Shown here piece by piece: positions 1-12,959 of a stretch of 64,000 bases of DNA. Position 1 is the first letter of the stretch, and each line of letters starts with the position of its first letter. Below the pieces are notes generated by a model that was not told the DNA's origin, searched no databases, and was given only the letters and a program-made list of their open reading frames with translations. This DNA comes from Amphiscolops sp. MND2022 (Eukaryota). The translations under genes and the position numbers were made by a program. The stretch covers positions 87,608,001 through 87,672,000 of the forward strand of contig OZ076409.1 of assembly GCA_964187785.1 (NCBI GenBank). The letters run 5' to 3'.

Positions 1-383
1 ACGCATATACATGATAAGATGTTCTAATTGTTTATGAAGTTGGAACCTACTGGCTCCGGATTGCTAGCACCGGAAGAGCACTAGTTCCACCACAAAGGGT
101 GCGTGGGCAATACGATGTAATAATGAACATGTTCAATGTAACTACTTGCTCATGAAACCATGATTTAAATCACAGAACCTTTCGGTATCCTATACTATAG
201 ATAGCTAAAACTTTCAATGAAATAGTTCAAGACAAAAAACTGAAATGATTGTTACTAGAAAATATTGTTGTCGAATATGTCAAAGTTATCGAAATCGAAA
301 CCATTTATACCATTTTACGTAAACCATGTTAATGTAAAAATTAAAAAAATTAATAGGTTATAGAAACTGTAAAAGTTATGCAT

Positions 384-553
384 AAATGAAACAAGACGGG
401 AGCGTCTAAAGTCGGCGCTATATCTAAGGGTCAAAAGCGCAATGTTCTTAAAATTGTAAAAGGGGTGACCCTTTGGGTTTTTGACAATCCAGTTTGTTGC
501 AAAATATAATAAAAAAACGGATAATGAGAATTTTGAGTCTCATTGTGCCAAAA
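384..553 (+). repeat. Short interspersed repeat family A, 5' fragment
   Basis: The head AAACAAGACGGGA(G/A)CGTCTAAAGTCGG(C/T)GCTATATCTAAGG recurs at ~720 and in reverse at ~14845-14873 and ~41240-41288. Confidence 0.6.
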
Positions 554-554
554 G

Positions 555-697
555 CCCTGAAAGTCACTTCCGTCAACCTTCTGGACATCTTCGGCTTCGA
601 AGTTTTCCCCAAAAACAGCTTCGAGCAGTTATGCATCAACTTCGCCAACGAATCCCTGCAGCAGTTGTTCATAAAGGGCATTTTCAAAACTGAACAG
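555..697 (+). CDS. Isolated myosin motor-domain exon (switch-II/relay region)
   Basis: Translates [31 protein letters not shown]...EQ, the canonical myosin [19 protein letters not shown] motif. It ends at a CAG|GT donor (697/698). The 5' boundary abuts a repeat and is approximate. No other myosin exons were recognised in the window. Confidence 0.85.
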
Positions 698-714
698 GTT
701 CGTTGCGTCACTTC

Positions 715-1113
715 AAATGAAACAAGACGGGAACGTCTAAAGTCGGTGCTATATCTAAGGCTCAAAAAGCTTTTTTTAAGTATTGTAAAAGGGGGCTTCA
801 GCTTGCTGTATCAAAAGTATCAAAAACACTTGAAGGGGGACCTTTTGGAGACAAAAAAAGTTCGAAAAAAGTCGCACAGGGCCGAAAAAAATTCAAAGGG
901 GGACCCCATAGTCGTCCGGTTTTGTTTCTTTCGTTAAAAAATGAGTAAGTGAAAGGGGGACCCTTTGCACTAACTTAGATGCCTTCACGGTTCCAGTAGT
1001 TTAGTAGTTCTGTAAAAAGTGTCCACTACGCATAGATTCTGTTGTCTGACGAAAAAAAAACTAGTCACTGAAATAGTCGGTCGTTTTTCTTAAAGGAAAA
1101 GGCGCCGACTAAA
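715..1113 (+). repeat. Short interspersed repeat family A, near-complete copy
   Basis: Same head as the copy at 384. The tail (GGGGACCCTTTGCA...ATAGTCGG...GCGCCGACTAAAA) is shared with 16570-16798. Confidence 0.6.
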
Positions 1114-2104
1114 AATCCAAAGGCTTGTTGTCTTTCTTATTCAGTAAAGTGTGGTTGCTTAGCCGTTGAAATAACTACATCATTAATATGACTCAACAGG
1201 ATAAGATCCATACGATTGAAGATGAAACATACCCGTTCAAGTCTTTAGAAATGCTGTTCTTTTCCTTTGATGATAGCAAAATTGACCATGAATATTATAG
1301 CATTCATGCTCGATTGCATGCGCAAAATTAATCTCGAGTTAATGACACGAATTCTGAATTAGCTTGAATACTAGAATGCTAGAATCAAATGAAGCTTGAG
1401 AATTCGCATTTGGGACGAGAAATGAATATAAAAATTGTTATTCCATAAGGTAACAGAAGCTTATAAGTGAAATAAAGTTTAGAAAAGGAATTAAAAGAAG
1501 TCGAAAAAGGTAACTTACCGTAGGACGGAGTCCAAATTTTACGACTTGTTAATCAATCTTTATTTTGGGTAAAGGTAGTAAAACTCCTCAGCTATAGTCA
1601 CCGCTTCTGCAATGGTGCACTGCGGTGGCTTAAGAGATGGTTGCGGGAAGGTTGGCGATAAGCCCAGAAGCGAGAGAAAACTGAATCGATTAGCAACGCG
1701 TATCAGGTAGGTGAGTTTTCCATCCAATACTGCAACAGCAGAATCACAAAAATTGTGAGGAAAAGAAGGAATGAACAAGGAAAAGGCGCGTGGACAACCA
1801 CAGAGCAGCCGTTGTGATTGTATAACTGCAGATATACAAATGCACAAATTCTGCCTTGCTCCTCGTTTTTTCTCTCTCTTTTATCCACCAGAGTTGTTCA
1901 CTTCACTTGTCCCATGATTGGAAAGAGTTTAGTGAAAATGGACCACATAACTCAGCCAAATGTCAGCTTGTGTGAATCCATTTTGTCCACACTAAATGTA
2001 CGGCAGTGAATAGAGCGAACAGTTTGCAATTAGCGAGCTCCACCTCTCAAATTAGGCAGCATTTAATAAAAGTCACAAAAAATTGCGCAAGGTATTGCGA
2101 AACG

Positions 2105-2315
2105 ACTTTCTCTGCACATTAGACCAACTGATGAAAAAGTTAGTACGTCAAAGGTGTATATTAGTCATAACTTAACATGTAATTTATTACTTGTGATATT
2201 AACCATATTAACCATGGTTAATGTCACAAGTAATAAATTACATGTTGAGTTAAGACTATTATACGCATTTGACGTTCAAACTTGTTCATCAGTTGGTGTA
2301 ATTTGCAAAGAAAGT
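2105..2315. repeat. Foldback / long imperfect palindrome (MITE-like)
   Basis: Arms of about 100 bp (ACTTTCTCTGCACATTAGACCAACTGATGAA... and ...TTCATCAGTTGGTGTAATTTGCAAAGAAAGT) are centred on AACCATGGTT at ~2210-2219. Confidence 0.8.
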
Positions 2316-5044
2316 TGCAACGGGTAACTGGGATCAGAACTGTACAATCGAGTTATGGAGAATGTATGAGAAAGTGTCGTTCGTTATAAAGGACATGTTG
2401 AATAGACAGGTACAGATTAAAATAAAGGAAACCGGGATTATATTAATGGAAAACTCCTCAGGGGTGTTTTTTGGAGAATATGTGCTTTTGTTCACTTCAG
2501 GCTCATTTGTTTGTTATTATTTTTTATTTGTGAAGTTCATTCAACCAAATACGATAGTATTGCTTTGTACTGCTGAGATGTCTCCACATTTGTAATTATT
2601 CACAGCATTAAACAGACGTAGCACTCACAAATCTACATTGATTGAACGTAATTTGGGAAAAATCCATCCACCAATTTTTTTACTCACTTTTTTTTCACTC
2701 TATTTGTAATCACGTGGATACAAAAATGTACGTCTTCTTGCTTAGTCCAGAAAAAAAGAAAACAATCAAAATTTGCAGAAGGTCGCAAGAATTTGCTTTC
2801 TTAAATCTTGGGGGCATGAATTTCTCTTTCATCAAGTTTTGCGCGTTATGAATGGCAGACCGCGTTCTTTCTGAACAACCGTGTGATCTTTTTAGTTCTT
2901 CTTGGCATTGGTATACTTTGCGATGTAAAAGTTTTGTAGAAACCAATTCACACAAGACAACAAAAAGTAGTATGTTCCATGTTCACAGATTCTTTTTTGC
3001 TCAAGGGTGCAAACAGTTGAAGAAAAAAGGATGAAATTTAATAAAAATGGCAACTCGGTTGAAGATGCTGCAAACGCTAAACGACACACTTGGGAGAAAC
3101 TTAGAAAAATGACGTCAGCATTCTTTAAATTGGTTTATCACATGCTGGTAAAATAGGTTATGATGGAAACTCAATTTCGCAGTCAAGCTAATTTCATTTC
3201 CTGAAACCTTTGTTATGTGACTTTGACGATGTTCGAATGTTCAAAGCGGTTAGGCGTCGTTGCTTTTTCCATATGTGCATGCCACAATCATTCTGAAAAA
3301 AATTGTGGCGAGTATGAAGGTTGCCAGCCGTTGTGAAAAACAGCACGCAGGAAATGAAAAGCACAAATGTTCCGCTACCTGTGAAAATGTAAAATCAAAC
3401 ACACGCCACAAACTTGCGAATTTCGGCCTCCATTGCGTTCAATTTGTTCTTTTTGCAAGCTGCAAAATACCATCGCCAATATTGTTTGATCAATTCCCTC
3501 ATATATTTTCAAGGAAATTACAGTAACTTTGAAATGACCCAAGCAGTTTGTAACGTAACGTGAAATCTAAAGCAGACCCAAGTATTACCTGTGGAAGATT
3601 TGAAAAACGAATTTTTTGAAGTGTTTTGACTGCTGTCACCGCAAGGTAGACCCAGCATTCTTTAATCATGGTCACTTTAAGACCTTACCATGGCGACCAT
3701 CTTTCATGGTATGATGATACAATGGTCTTCATGTTTCATAGCAGGAACATATTATGATCCAAAATTTTCCATAGTACGATCAATGTTTGATGAACGACCA
3801 ATTCTAGTCTAAAAATCAAGATGTCTACATGGCAATCTTCTGTGAACAAAATTCACAAATTCACAAATTGGTTACCGAGTCCCTTTGCTGTTCTTTTAGG
3901 GAGGCACTCAGTTCGTATCGTACTTGAAGAGACACACGAAGAAAAGGTGACATCCTTTGGCTCACAATGCACCTGTAAAACCTGGAAAAACAAAAATTAA
4001 AGGAAAAAAGATGCATCTAGTGAATACCACGCACGGCGTAATTCCCGCTCCCCAATTTTCATCTCGAAAACGTGGAAATGGAATTAAAAATAGAGTATGG
4101 TAGATATAATGCATTTAATTTATACTTTAAAATTACAAGAATTATGTCTTAGACATGAGTGATAATGCTTTAAAAAAGAGAAACTGATTATTACGATATA
4201 GAGATGAAACAAAGATTCCGAAACGATAGCAAATATTACAGAAAAACATCTGAAATCTGACTTACTATTCGAAAAACTTACTATTTGAAATTGAAGGAAA
4301 AAAATCTAAGAACAGGGAAGCATAGATGATAAGTCAAGAACATTCGTTGTCGAAACAGAATGAATCAGACCTGAGACCTGAGACCTGAACCTTGGATCTG
4401 AAATCGAGTTTTCTCAAGTTCGCGAAAACTTGAGCAAATGAAAAAACACTAAACTCCGTCTAAAATAACATGAAGATAGACCTGGTTTTAGAACAGTGTA
4501 AATGCAAAAATGCAAATACATTGATGATTAAAAATATAGCATAACAGTAGTTAAATGAAAGTTTTTTTAAAAAGGTTTTCAATTGTTTTATTGGAGCAAA
4601 CTTACAACTTTTTTCTAACAATTCGGTGAGCAAACTGTCCCAGAATTCAACTGTGTTTTTGAAAAAACTAGAACCCGAAACTGCCTTTGGTTATTATCTT
4701 CTGCCGATTTGCGTTTTTATGATAGACTTTAATGTTGTTTTTCTCGCATTTCGCAAACATCCTCTAGCATTTTGTTTTGTGGAATCTGGGCCTTTTTTCT
4801 TCTTTGAAACCTGTTTTCAACCTTTAGAATTTCACTTCTAAGCGGAAAAGTTCGACGATGATTCTCAGATCATATCTGTGTTAGAAGTTTATGACAGTGT
4901 TTGAGAAACTTTCTATCGTGCTTTTTTGCAATTAGTAATCAATTGTTCAAAAAACTGATTCTGCAGTCGTGGTGATTTCTCGACAATTTCAATGCTTTGT
5001 TGTTTCTGGAGTGCTTCATATGTGGCAACGGTTCCATCAGAAGT

Positions 5045-6600
5045 TGTCACAGTCCGCGCCCGGACTGGATTGAATTAAAAGCAAACTAAAACTAATATAG
5101 GTCACCGCTTCGCCAATACGATTGAGTTTGCGTCGCGACTACGCTACGTCACAGCTATGGCAGCTAGCTAGAATTTCATTGCAAAATGTGACGTCAGCAT
5201 GTCGTCTAACTTGGCAGCTAGTCAGAAATTCATTCCAAAATGTGACGTCAGCATCTCGTCTAACTTGGCAACTAGCTAGAAAGTATTCCAAATCAGACGA
5301 CGATATGACGTCACAGCTATGGCAGCTAGCTAATTTTCATTCCAAATTTACGTCCACTATATCGGCGGACTAAGTCTAATACTAATACGTACGTCCACGT
5401 TACGTCGCAAATCCATCAAAATAGCTGTTTTAATCCATCTAAAACACCACATTGACGTCCACGCGACGTCCACTATAATGGCGGACTAAGTTTAATACCA
5501 AATTTACGTCCACTCTACGTCCCAATTTTATAAAATTAGGCGTTTTAGTCTGTATTAAATTTAAAAGAAGCTTTATTTTACTACGGTAAAACTAATCGAA
5601 GCTAGAATATGATTCAACGTCAACACTACGTCGCAATTTAACTAACCAAACCAAATTTTGAATCTACGTCAGTATTGCGTCGACTAAGATTCAATTCGAA
5701 CGGAATATGGTATTTAAGCCAGGATTTTTCAGATTTACTTAAAATAACAGTGTTTTAATACGATATACATTGAAAAGTCACAGTTTATATTCAATTTGTG
5801 TTAATAAAATGATGTCCAAGCTGGATTTTAAATGTACGTTTTGACTACCTAATTTCATAAGTTCATATGCTGTTTGACGATGTCACGTCGTCTTTTATTG
5901 TTGCTCAAAGGTGTTGCTCCTAACTTTAATCAGATAAATATTTATCAATTGTTGAAATATATAATTGTTTAGCCTCATGTAAATCAGTCACTCTCTTAGC
6001 ATCACCAAATTGCCTAAATCAAGATAATTAGTCATAATTTTCTTTAAGTGGAAATTCAAAATCAGGTATTAGTTGTTCACGTCAGCGTCATCTCCGCGTC
6101 GGTTTCTTACGAACCAAAGCAGAAAAACGGGGAAGTATTTCCGGTTTGACAGACTGAAGTAATATCTACTTCCTGCTTGGGAGGAAACAAAAGGACGCCG
6201 GAATGAAATGATATGATCATGATTGATGTCTAATACTAGATTAGAATTGCCGTGTCTTAAAAATTGACGAAATGCTGACGAAGATCAAAGTTTTACCGCA
6301 AAATTACAGGAAGTGACTAATATCTCGATGGAAATTAAAGTACCCGAGTATGAACAGATGATGCTAGGAGGGTATATATAGCTTGTACCTGTAAACTTAT
6401 TCATTCAATTTCTGATTCAATCTGCTGTCTTGTATCAAATTCTACTTTGTTAAATCAATTACTCTGCAAATTTCAATTCAAAATTGATAAATCCGAAAAT
6501 CTTTTCATCAAGAGAAGCTAGAAAAGAAGAATGTCTTTCAAAAAAGCAACAAAAATAATCAGAAATGTACAGAACAACGATCCTAACAGGAGTCGTTACA
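5045..6600 (+). repeat. 5' LTR
   Basis: TGTCACAG...GTTACA. Near-identical to 8284-9839; I saw three substitutions by eye. Confidence 0.95.
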
Positions 6601-7287
6601 TGGTGACAGGAGTTTTGGACCTTTCAACAAATGTACCCAAGAAAACCTCAGCTTAAACTACCGTCCAAAGAGCGTCCCTGCACATTGCGAAAACTCTTCG
6701 CCCCAAAAACGAAGACGAACATACACTAATTGAGCAACGCAACCCAAACGGCAAATGGAGACTACTTGTTGACCGACTGATGATAAACGAGTTAAAATTC
6801 GACGACTACACCAACAACACTCAACCCGTCACCGTCAGTACATCGTCCGATGCAGTCCAACACCTGCCGAAGACATCGTTTACCATAACACGAGTTTCCA
6901 AAAGCTGGCAACATACCCCTGGGGCGTTACCTTTGCCCAGAGTTGGGTGAATTAGCTCACATCGGTAAGTATTAAAAAAAGAAAAACTAGACTCTTACTG
7001 AGGCCGAGATGTGCGTTCGAAAGATGACAAAGACGTAGTCACTGAAGCACACATTCCCGAATCGACTAGTCAGAAAATCTAAGCTATGAACATACAAAAG
7101 CAGAAAAGGCCTATCTGCAGTTTCGTATGATTCAGAAAAGCTTAATGGAACGGGGAATATTACAAACCTAAGGGTTGTTGAATAACCAGCGCGAGGCGTC
7201 ATTGATACGCACATCTCCCTCAGAGAACAAAAATGAGTCTAATTATCACTTTGCAGATCATGATCTTTTAAGACCAAATTGATCTGA

Positions 7288-7475
7288 AAATGACCGGGTT
7301 ATAACAGCCCATATACAAAGACGACGCAAGATTGACGTCGCAAACGACCGGGTTATAACAGCCCATATACAAAGACGACGCAGGATTGACGTCGCAAATG
7401 ACCGGGTTATAACAACCAATATACAAAGACGACGCAGTATTGACGTCGCAAATGACCAGGGTTATAACAGCCCAA
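7288..7475. repeat. 54-bp tandem repeat (~3.5 copies) inside the LTR element
   Basis: Unit AAATGACCGGGTTATAACAGCCCATATACAAAGACGACGCAAGATTGACGTCGC; GACCGGGTT occurs at 7292, 7346 and 7400. Confidence 0.9.
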
Positions 7476-8283
7476 TACTGATACGACGTTATTATGACGT
7501 CAACAGTGACCGCAAAAAATTGAAGTTGGCTTATCGCTAACAAAATTGATGCATCAAAACGGTGACAAATTCAAAAGTTAGCTATGATAACGAACTTGAC
7601 GTCAGCAAAACGTTGACATCTTTGGTCAAACGAATTAATTTAATTCGTGGCCAATAAAAACGTGACGTTGGCAAAACGTCAACACCTGGGACTATAAAGG
7701 AATTGAAAGACAGCTTCTACCACCTCCCAAAAAGTGCTATACCGAACTACAGAGTGGTACCGGAAATGTCACATTCCTCTGGGAAAGCGTACAACCAAAA
7801 CAATCCTCTCTTCAGTTTCGACAACCCCACGAGATATCTTCGTCCCATGAGAGTGGCCCTGTTACAGTCCGCGCCCGGCCTGGATTGTGGTTGCCAAGAG
7901 GCGCAGTTTGGACGTGATCATGGATGCATTATGAAAACAGTTAGACTATCTTATTAAACTGAAATAAACTGTGACAAATTAAAACCATCAAAATCTAAAT
8001 TATGAATGATTTCAGAACTTAAAAACATTCCGAGATAATTTCACACATTTCCGGACATGTGTAGTGATGACAGTAGAACTTTAATCATTTTCCTGCAAAA
8101 TACAACCGTGACATATCATTGGAATTACTTGTCGCAAAAAAAAACGAAACTACGTCAAAATTTAGGACTAAAGAAAACAAAAACAATTTGATAACCAATT
8201 AATTGACGGTAAAATACATTCCTAACATCATCTCTTTCATTTTATCAAGCCCCCGAGAACCATTCGTCCTATGAGAGTGGCCC

Positions 8284-9839
8284 TGTCACAGTCCGCGCCC
8301 GGACTGGATTGAATTAAAAGCAAACTAAAACTAATATAGGTCACCGCTTCGCCAATACGATTGAGTTTGCGTCGCGACTACGCTACGTCACAGCTATGGC
8401 AGCTAGCTAGAATTTCATTGCAAAATGTGACGTCAGCATGTCGTCTAACTTGGCAGCTAGTCAGAAATTCATTCCAAAATGTGACGTCAGCATCTCGTCT
8501 AACTTGGCAACTAGCTAGAAAGTATTCCAAATCAGACGACGATATGACGTCACAGCTATGGCAGCTAGCTAATTTTCATTCCAAATTTACGTCCACTATA
8601 TCGGCGGACTAAGTCTAATACTAATACGTACGTCCACGTTACGTCGCAAATCCATCAAAATAGCTGTTTTAATGCATCTAAAACACCACATTGACGTCCA
8701 CGCGACGTCCACTATAATGGCGGACTAAGTTTAATACCAAATTTACGTCCACTCTACGTCCCAATTTTATAAAATTAGGCGTTTTAGTCTGTATTAAATT
8801 TAAAAGAAGCTTTATTTTACTACGGTAAAACTAATCGAAGCTAGAATATGAATCAACGTCAACACTACGTCGCAATTTAACTAACCAAACCAAATTTTGA
8901 ATCTACGTCAGTATTGTGTCGACTAAGATTCAATTCGAACGGAATATGGTATTTAAGCCAGGATTTTTCAGATTTACTTAAAATAACAGTGTTTTAATAC
9001 GATATACATTGAAAAGTCACAGTTTATATTCAATTTGTGTTAATAAAATGATGTCCAAGCTGGATTTTAAATGTACGTTTTGACTACCTAATTTCATAAG
9101 TTCATATGCTGTTTGACGATGTCACGTCGTCTTTTATTGTTGCTCAAAGGTGTTGCTCCTAACTTTAATCAGATAAATATTTATCAATTGTTGAAATATA
9201 TAATTGTTTAGCCTCATGTAAATCAGTCACTCTCTTAGCATCACCAAATTGCCTAAATCAAGATAATTAGTCATAATTTTCTTTAAGTGGAAATTCAAAA
9301 TCAGGTATTAGTTGTTCACGTCAGCGTCATCTCCGCGTCGGTTTCTTACGAACCAAAGCAGAAAAACGGGGAAGTATTTCCGGTTTGACAGACTGAAGTA
9401 ATATCTACTTCCTGCTTGGGAGGAAACAAAAGGACGCCGGAATGAAATGATATGATCATGATTGATGTCTAATACTAGATTAGAATTGCCGTGTCTTAAA
9501 AATTGACGAAATGCTGACGAAGATCAAAGTTTTACCGCAAAATTACAGGAAGTGACTAATATCTCGATGGAAATTAAAGTACCCGAGTATGAACAGATGA
9601 TGCTAGGAGGGTATATATAGCTTGTACCTGTAAACTTATTCATTCAATTTCTGATTCAATCTGCTGTCTTGTATCAAATTCTACTTTGTTAAATCAATTA
9701 CTCTGCAAATTTCAATTCAAAATTGATAAATCCGAAAATCTTTTCATCAAGAGAAGCTAGAAAAGAAGAATGTCTTTCAAAAAAGCAACAAAAATAATCA
9801 GAAATGTACAGAACAACGATCCTAACAGGAGTCGTTACA
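8284..9839 (+). repeat. 3' LTR
   Basis: Direct repeat of 5045-6600, followed by TSD GAAGT. Confidence 0.95.
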
Positions 9840-10579
9840 GAAGTTTTGGACAAACAAGAAGTAGAAGGTTTGAAAACTTCGGATACGCAATGCCAAAAGT
9901 TTCTGAACACTTTTCCACTGGTGCGTTTTTCATAGTTTTCTTGTGCTTTTTTGTTTTTGATTTGCTTTCGTAATCAAGGACGTTTTTTTATCGTTTTTGA
10001 CCTGCACATTAGAGTTCTGAGAAAAAATAGAAGCTTTTATGCAAGTTTCGCAAGTTTTTGTGGAAGCTGTCGTGTGCGACTTATGGCAAATAAAAAGAAA
10101 AAAAACTTACCGTGAAAATCCAAAAAGAAATAAACTCAAAACTTGTGATATGTAATTTTAACTTTTGTAACGCGCAGTTTTATCTTTATTATTTTCTCGC
10201 TCAGCTCTGAATTCTGAACACGCTCGAACGTGTTCACTCACTTTGTTCAGCGACGCAACACAAATTCATTATTTGGTCATGACGTCAAAAGACCTCCTTT
10301 TGTCGTGGACGCTCCTCCTGGGAATAACACATTCAAAAAATCTTTCGTTTTTATGGTCATATGACTTGACGTCATATGACGTCATGCTCGTCAGCCAATC
10401 ACGAAAGTGATTGAATTTCATTTGTTGACGAGACGAGCAAATTTAGTATGAAAACAGACCAAATTTTCAACTCTCAGAGCTATTTCTTTGGCGAAATAGA
10501 AATTTCATAAATCATTCATCTTCTACTCCACAATCTTCACCCACGGGTTCAATCCCCGTTATCAGCGCGGCGCAACATT

Positions 10580-12159
10580 TGTTAGTTATACTCTTTCAAT
10601 TTTCTTTTTGGAGCTCTCATTTTTCTAAGACCTTCTCTTACCTTTACCTTTAACTTCAACTTATTTTGTCTTAGTGCTTTTTTGTCTTGGTTTTCATTTT
10701 TCTTTAAGTCTTTTTCCTAACATTAACTCTTAATAAGTTACACGACTTGGCTCAGTCTTATCTTAGACGATTTTCCAAATTGCTTTCAAAGCAATTCCAT
10801 CTTAGAGTATTTGTCAAGCCTGCTTTCGAGTCAAAGCACTTTTATCTTAGAGGATTTCCAAACTGCTTTCAAATGAAAGCAGTTTTATCTTAGAACATCT
10901 GTCAAGCCTGCTTTCCGGGTAAAACAATTTTATCTTAGACTATTTTCAAACTTCCTTTCAAGTTAAAGCAATTCTATCTTAGAATATTTGTCAAGCCTGC
11001 TTCCTAGTTAAAACATTTCCAGACAATTTTCAAACTTGCTTTCAAGTTAAATCAATTCTATCCTAGAATATTTGTCAAGCCTGCTTTCTAGTTAAAGCAA
11101 TTTTATCTTAGACGAATTTCAACCTGCTTCAAGTTAAAGCAATTCTATCTTAGAATAGTTGTCGTGCCTGCTTTCTAGTTAAAGCAATTTTAGACAATTT
11201 TCAAACTTGCTTTTCAAGTTGAAGCAGTTCTATCTTAGAAAATTTGTCAAGCCTGCTTTCCAGTTAAAGCAATTTTATCTTAGACGAATTTCAACCTGCT
11301 TTCAAGCCAAAGCATTTTTATCTTAAACTATTTTCAATTATTTCTTTCAAGACAAAACCAACTAAGTCTTGAGCTTTTCAGCCCTGCTTTCATGTAAAAG
11401 CAACTTTAAATTATTCTCTCACTGCTTTCAAGTAAAATCAAATTAAGTCTTAGTCTATTTCTAATCTAAAAACAAAATCAAGCCTGCTCTCAAGTTAGAG
11501 CAATTCCTCTCTTACTTTGGAGTTTCAATTGACTTTTGATTTCAAACAGAAGCTATTATACCGTCTTTGTTTAACAAAGATTGAATAGTCCTTGCTTTTA
11601 GTGGACTCTAAACCGAAGTATGGTGATATTCACTGACTCTAAACCAAGAACCACAGCCTTAGCTGGGTTATGATGGACTTAAATTACTTAGCTTTTGTTT
11701 GACTCTTCAAGTCGAACAGTTCTCAACTTGAGACAAAGAGTAGCCGTACAGCACTCTATAGAACCAGTGCAACAATCTGTTGTTCTCTAATCAAAGAATA
11801 GCGATTAGCTATCTTTCCCAGTCCGTGAAAATCGGTGGACTATAAACACCAAGCTAGCTATTTGCTGCGCCTAAAAAAGAGGCACCCCTCTGACTTGGTA
11901 AAAACATAAAAACAACCTAATTAACTTAATAACTCACTTCTTAACTTAACTCGTATCTATTAAAGATTGATATTAAACCAGATTTAGTTATAATCTTTTT
12001 ATTCAGTTTTATTTGTTCACTTTGCTTTTGCATGAGTGACATTTATTACAACTTTAATATAAATAAAGAAAGGTTCAATTTACATATTCCTGAACCAAAG
12101 CATTTTTTCTCCCGGGCCGTAGAAATAAAGTCCTTCCTTTCGAACTCACGCCTGAGACA
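10580..12159 (+). mobile_element. Solo LTR (1580 bp)
   Basis: TGT...ACA termini, 5-bp TSD ACATT (10575-10579 and 12160-12164), TATAAA at ~11840 and AATAAA at ~12062 and ~12124. Confidence 0.75.
10755..11500. repeat. ~39-bp degenerate minisatellite within the solo LTR
   Basis: Repeated units like AAAGCAATT(T/C)TATCTTAGAATATTTGTCAAGCCTGCTTTC, alternating with ...TTAGACGA(A/T)TTTCAA... variants. Confidence 0.9.
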
Positions 12160-12959
12160 ACATTTGTTGAAGTGTAGGAAGGCACTGTCGCAAAAATTTT
12201 AATTACGAGTCTACTTTGCAAATTCAAACAAGAAACTTGGAAGAACAAATCGCTAATTTTGAATACTCTTAATTAGAGAATTCGCAAATTTCATGAAGGA
12301 TATAGATTCATCAATTTTCCTACCGACCTAATAAGCACTTCACAAAGCTTAAACCACTCCAAGCAAAATGATACCGTGAAAAAATGTAGCTCCGAAAACT
12401 CTGGTCAATTTGCGCATTCTCTATTCAGTGGGTGCTGTAGTATATTCTGCTCTGTAATATCACCTATATTCGAAACGAAATGGATTTATTACCGTTAAAT
12501 AGGTCCCTTTGATAGCAGAAACCTTTTCAATGTCATTCGTAACAGGTGTTTTTATTTTTTATTCAAGCCCTTCCTAGTTTGTGATACTGCTGATGAGGGT
12601 GACTCGATCAACATTATCGTTGATTCACCTCTGTTTTGTACGATCAGATGATGATTGTGCTTCGAAATTTATGATGGCATTCGACCTGCATTGGAAACAA
12701 AAAGACTTGTACTTTTCGTTCATTTTGTGAACTACGGTCAATTTCTGATAACGAGGTATATCGTCTACATTTCGGGTCTGTGTTAACGATGAGGAATAAA
12801 TGTACAAATTTCATCATATTCACATCATTGGGTGTTGGTGGCTGAAAGTTTAGGGTGGCTGGCGATGCGAAAACGATGGTCAATTTTCATCGTTTTTACG
12901 TCGTTATGGACTGAGTGGGAAAGGCATCGCTTCACTAGCGGTGGGTAAATAATGAGGAA

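Larger units (their letters stand above)
5045..9839 (+). mobile_element. Young non-autonomous (internally deleted) Gypsy-type LTR retrotransposon
   Basis: Two 1556-bp TG...CA LTRs (5045-6600 and 8284-9839), a 5-bp TSD GAAGT (5040-5044 and 9840-9844), PBS TGGTGACAGG at 6601, and purine-rich GAGAGTGGCCC before the 3' LTR. The 1.7-kb interior carries only relic RT fragments (QRNPNGKWRLLVD; DDYTNNTQPV). Confidence 0.95.

Noticed and set aside
10543..10560. tRNA T-loop/B-box-like GGGTTCAATCCCC
   Set aside because: No cloverleaf or A-box could be built; at most a SINE or tRNA relic.
10755..11500. Regular ~39-bp repeats resembling a CRISPR array
   Set aside because: The units are contiguous degenerate tandem repeats without unique spacers, lie inside a solo LTR, and there are no cas genes; the DNA is eukaryotic.
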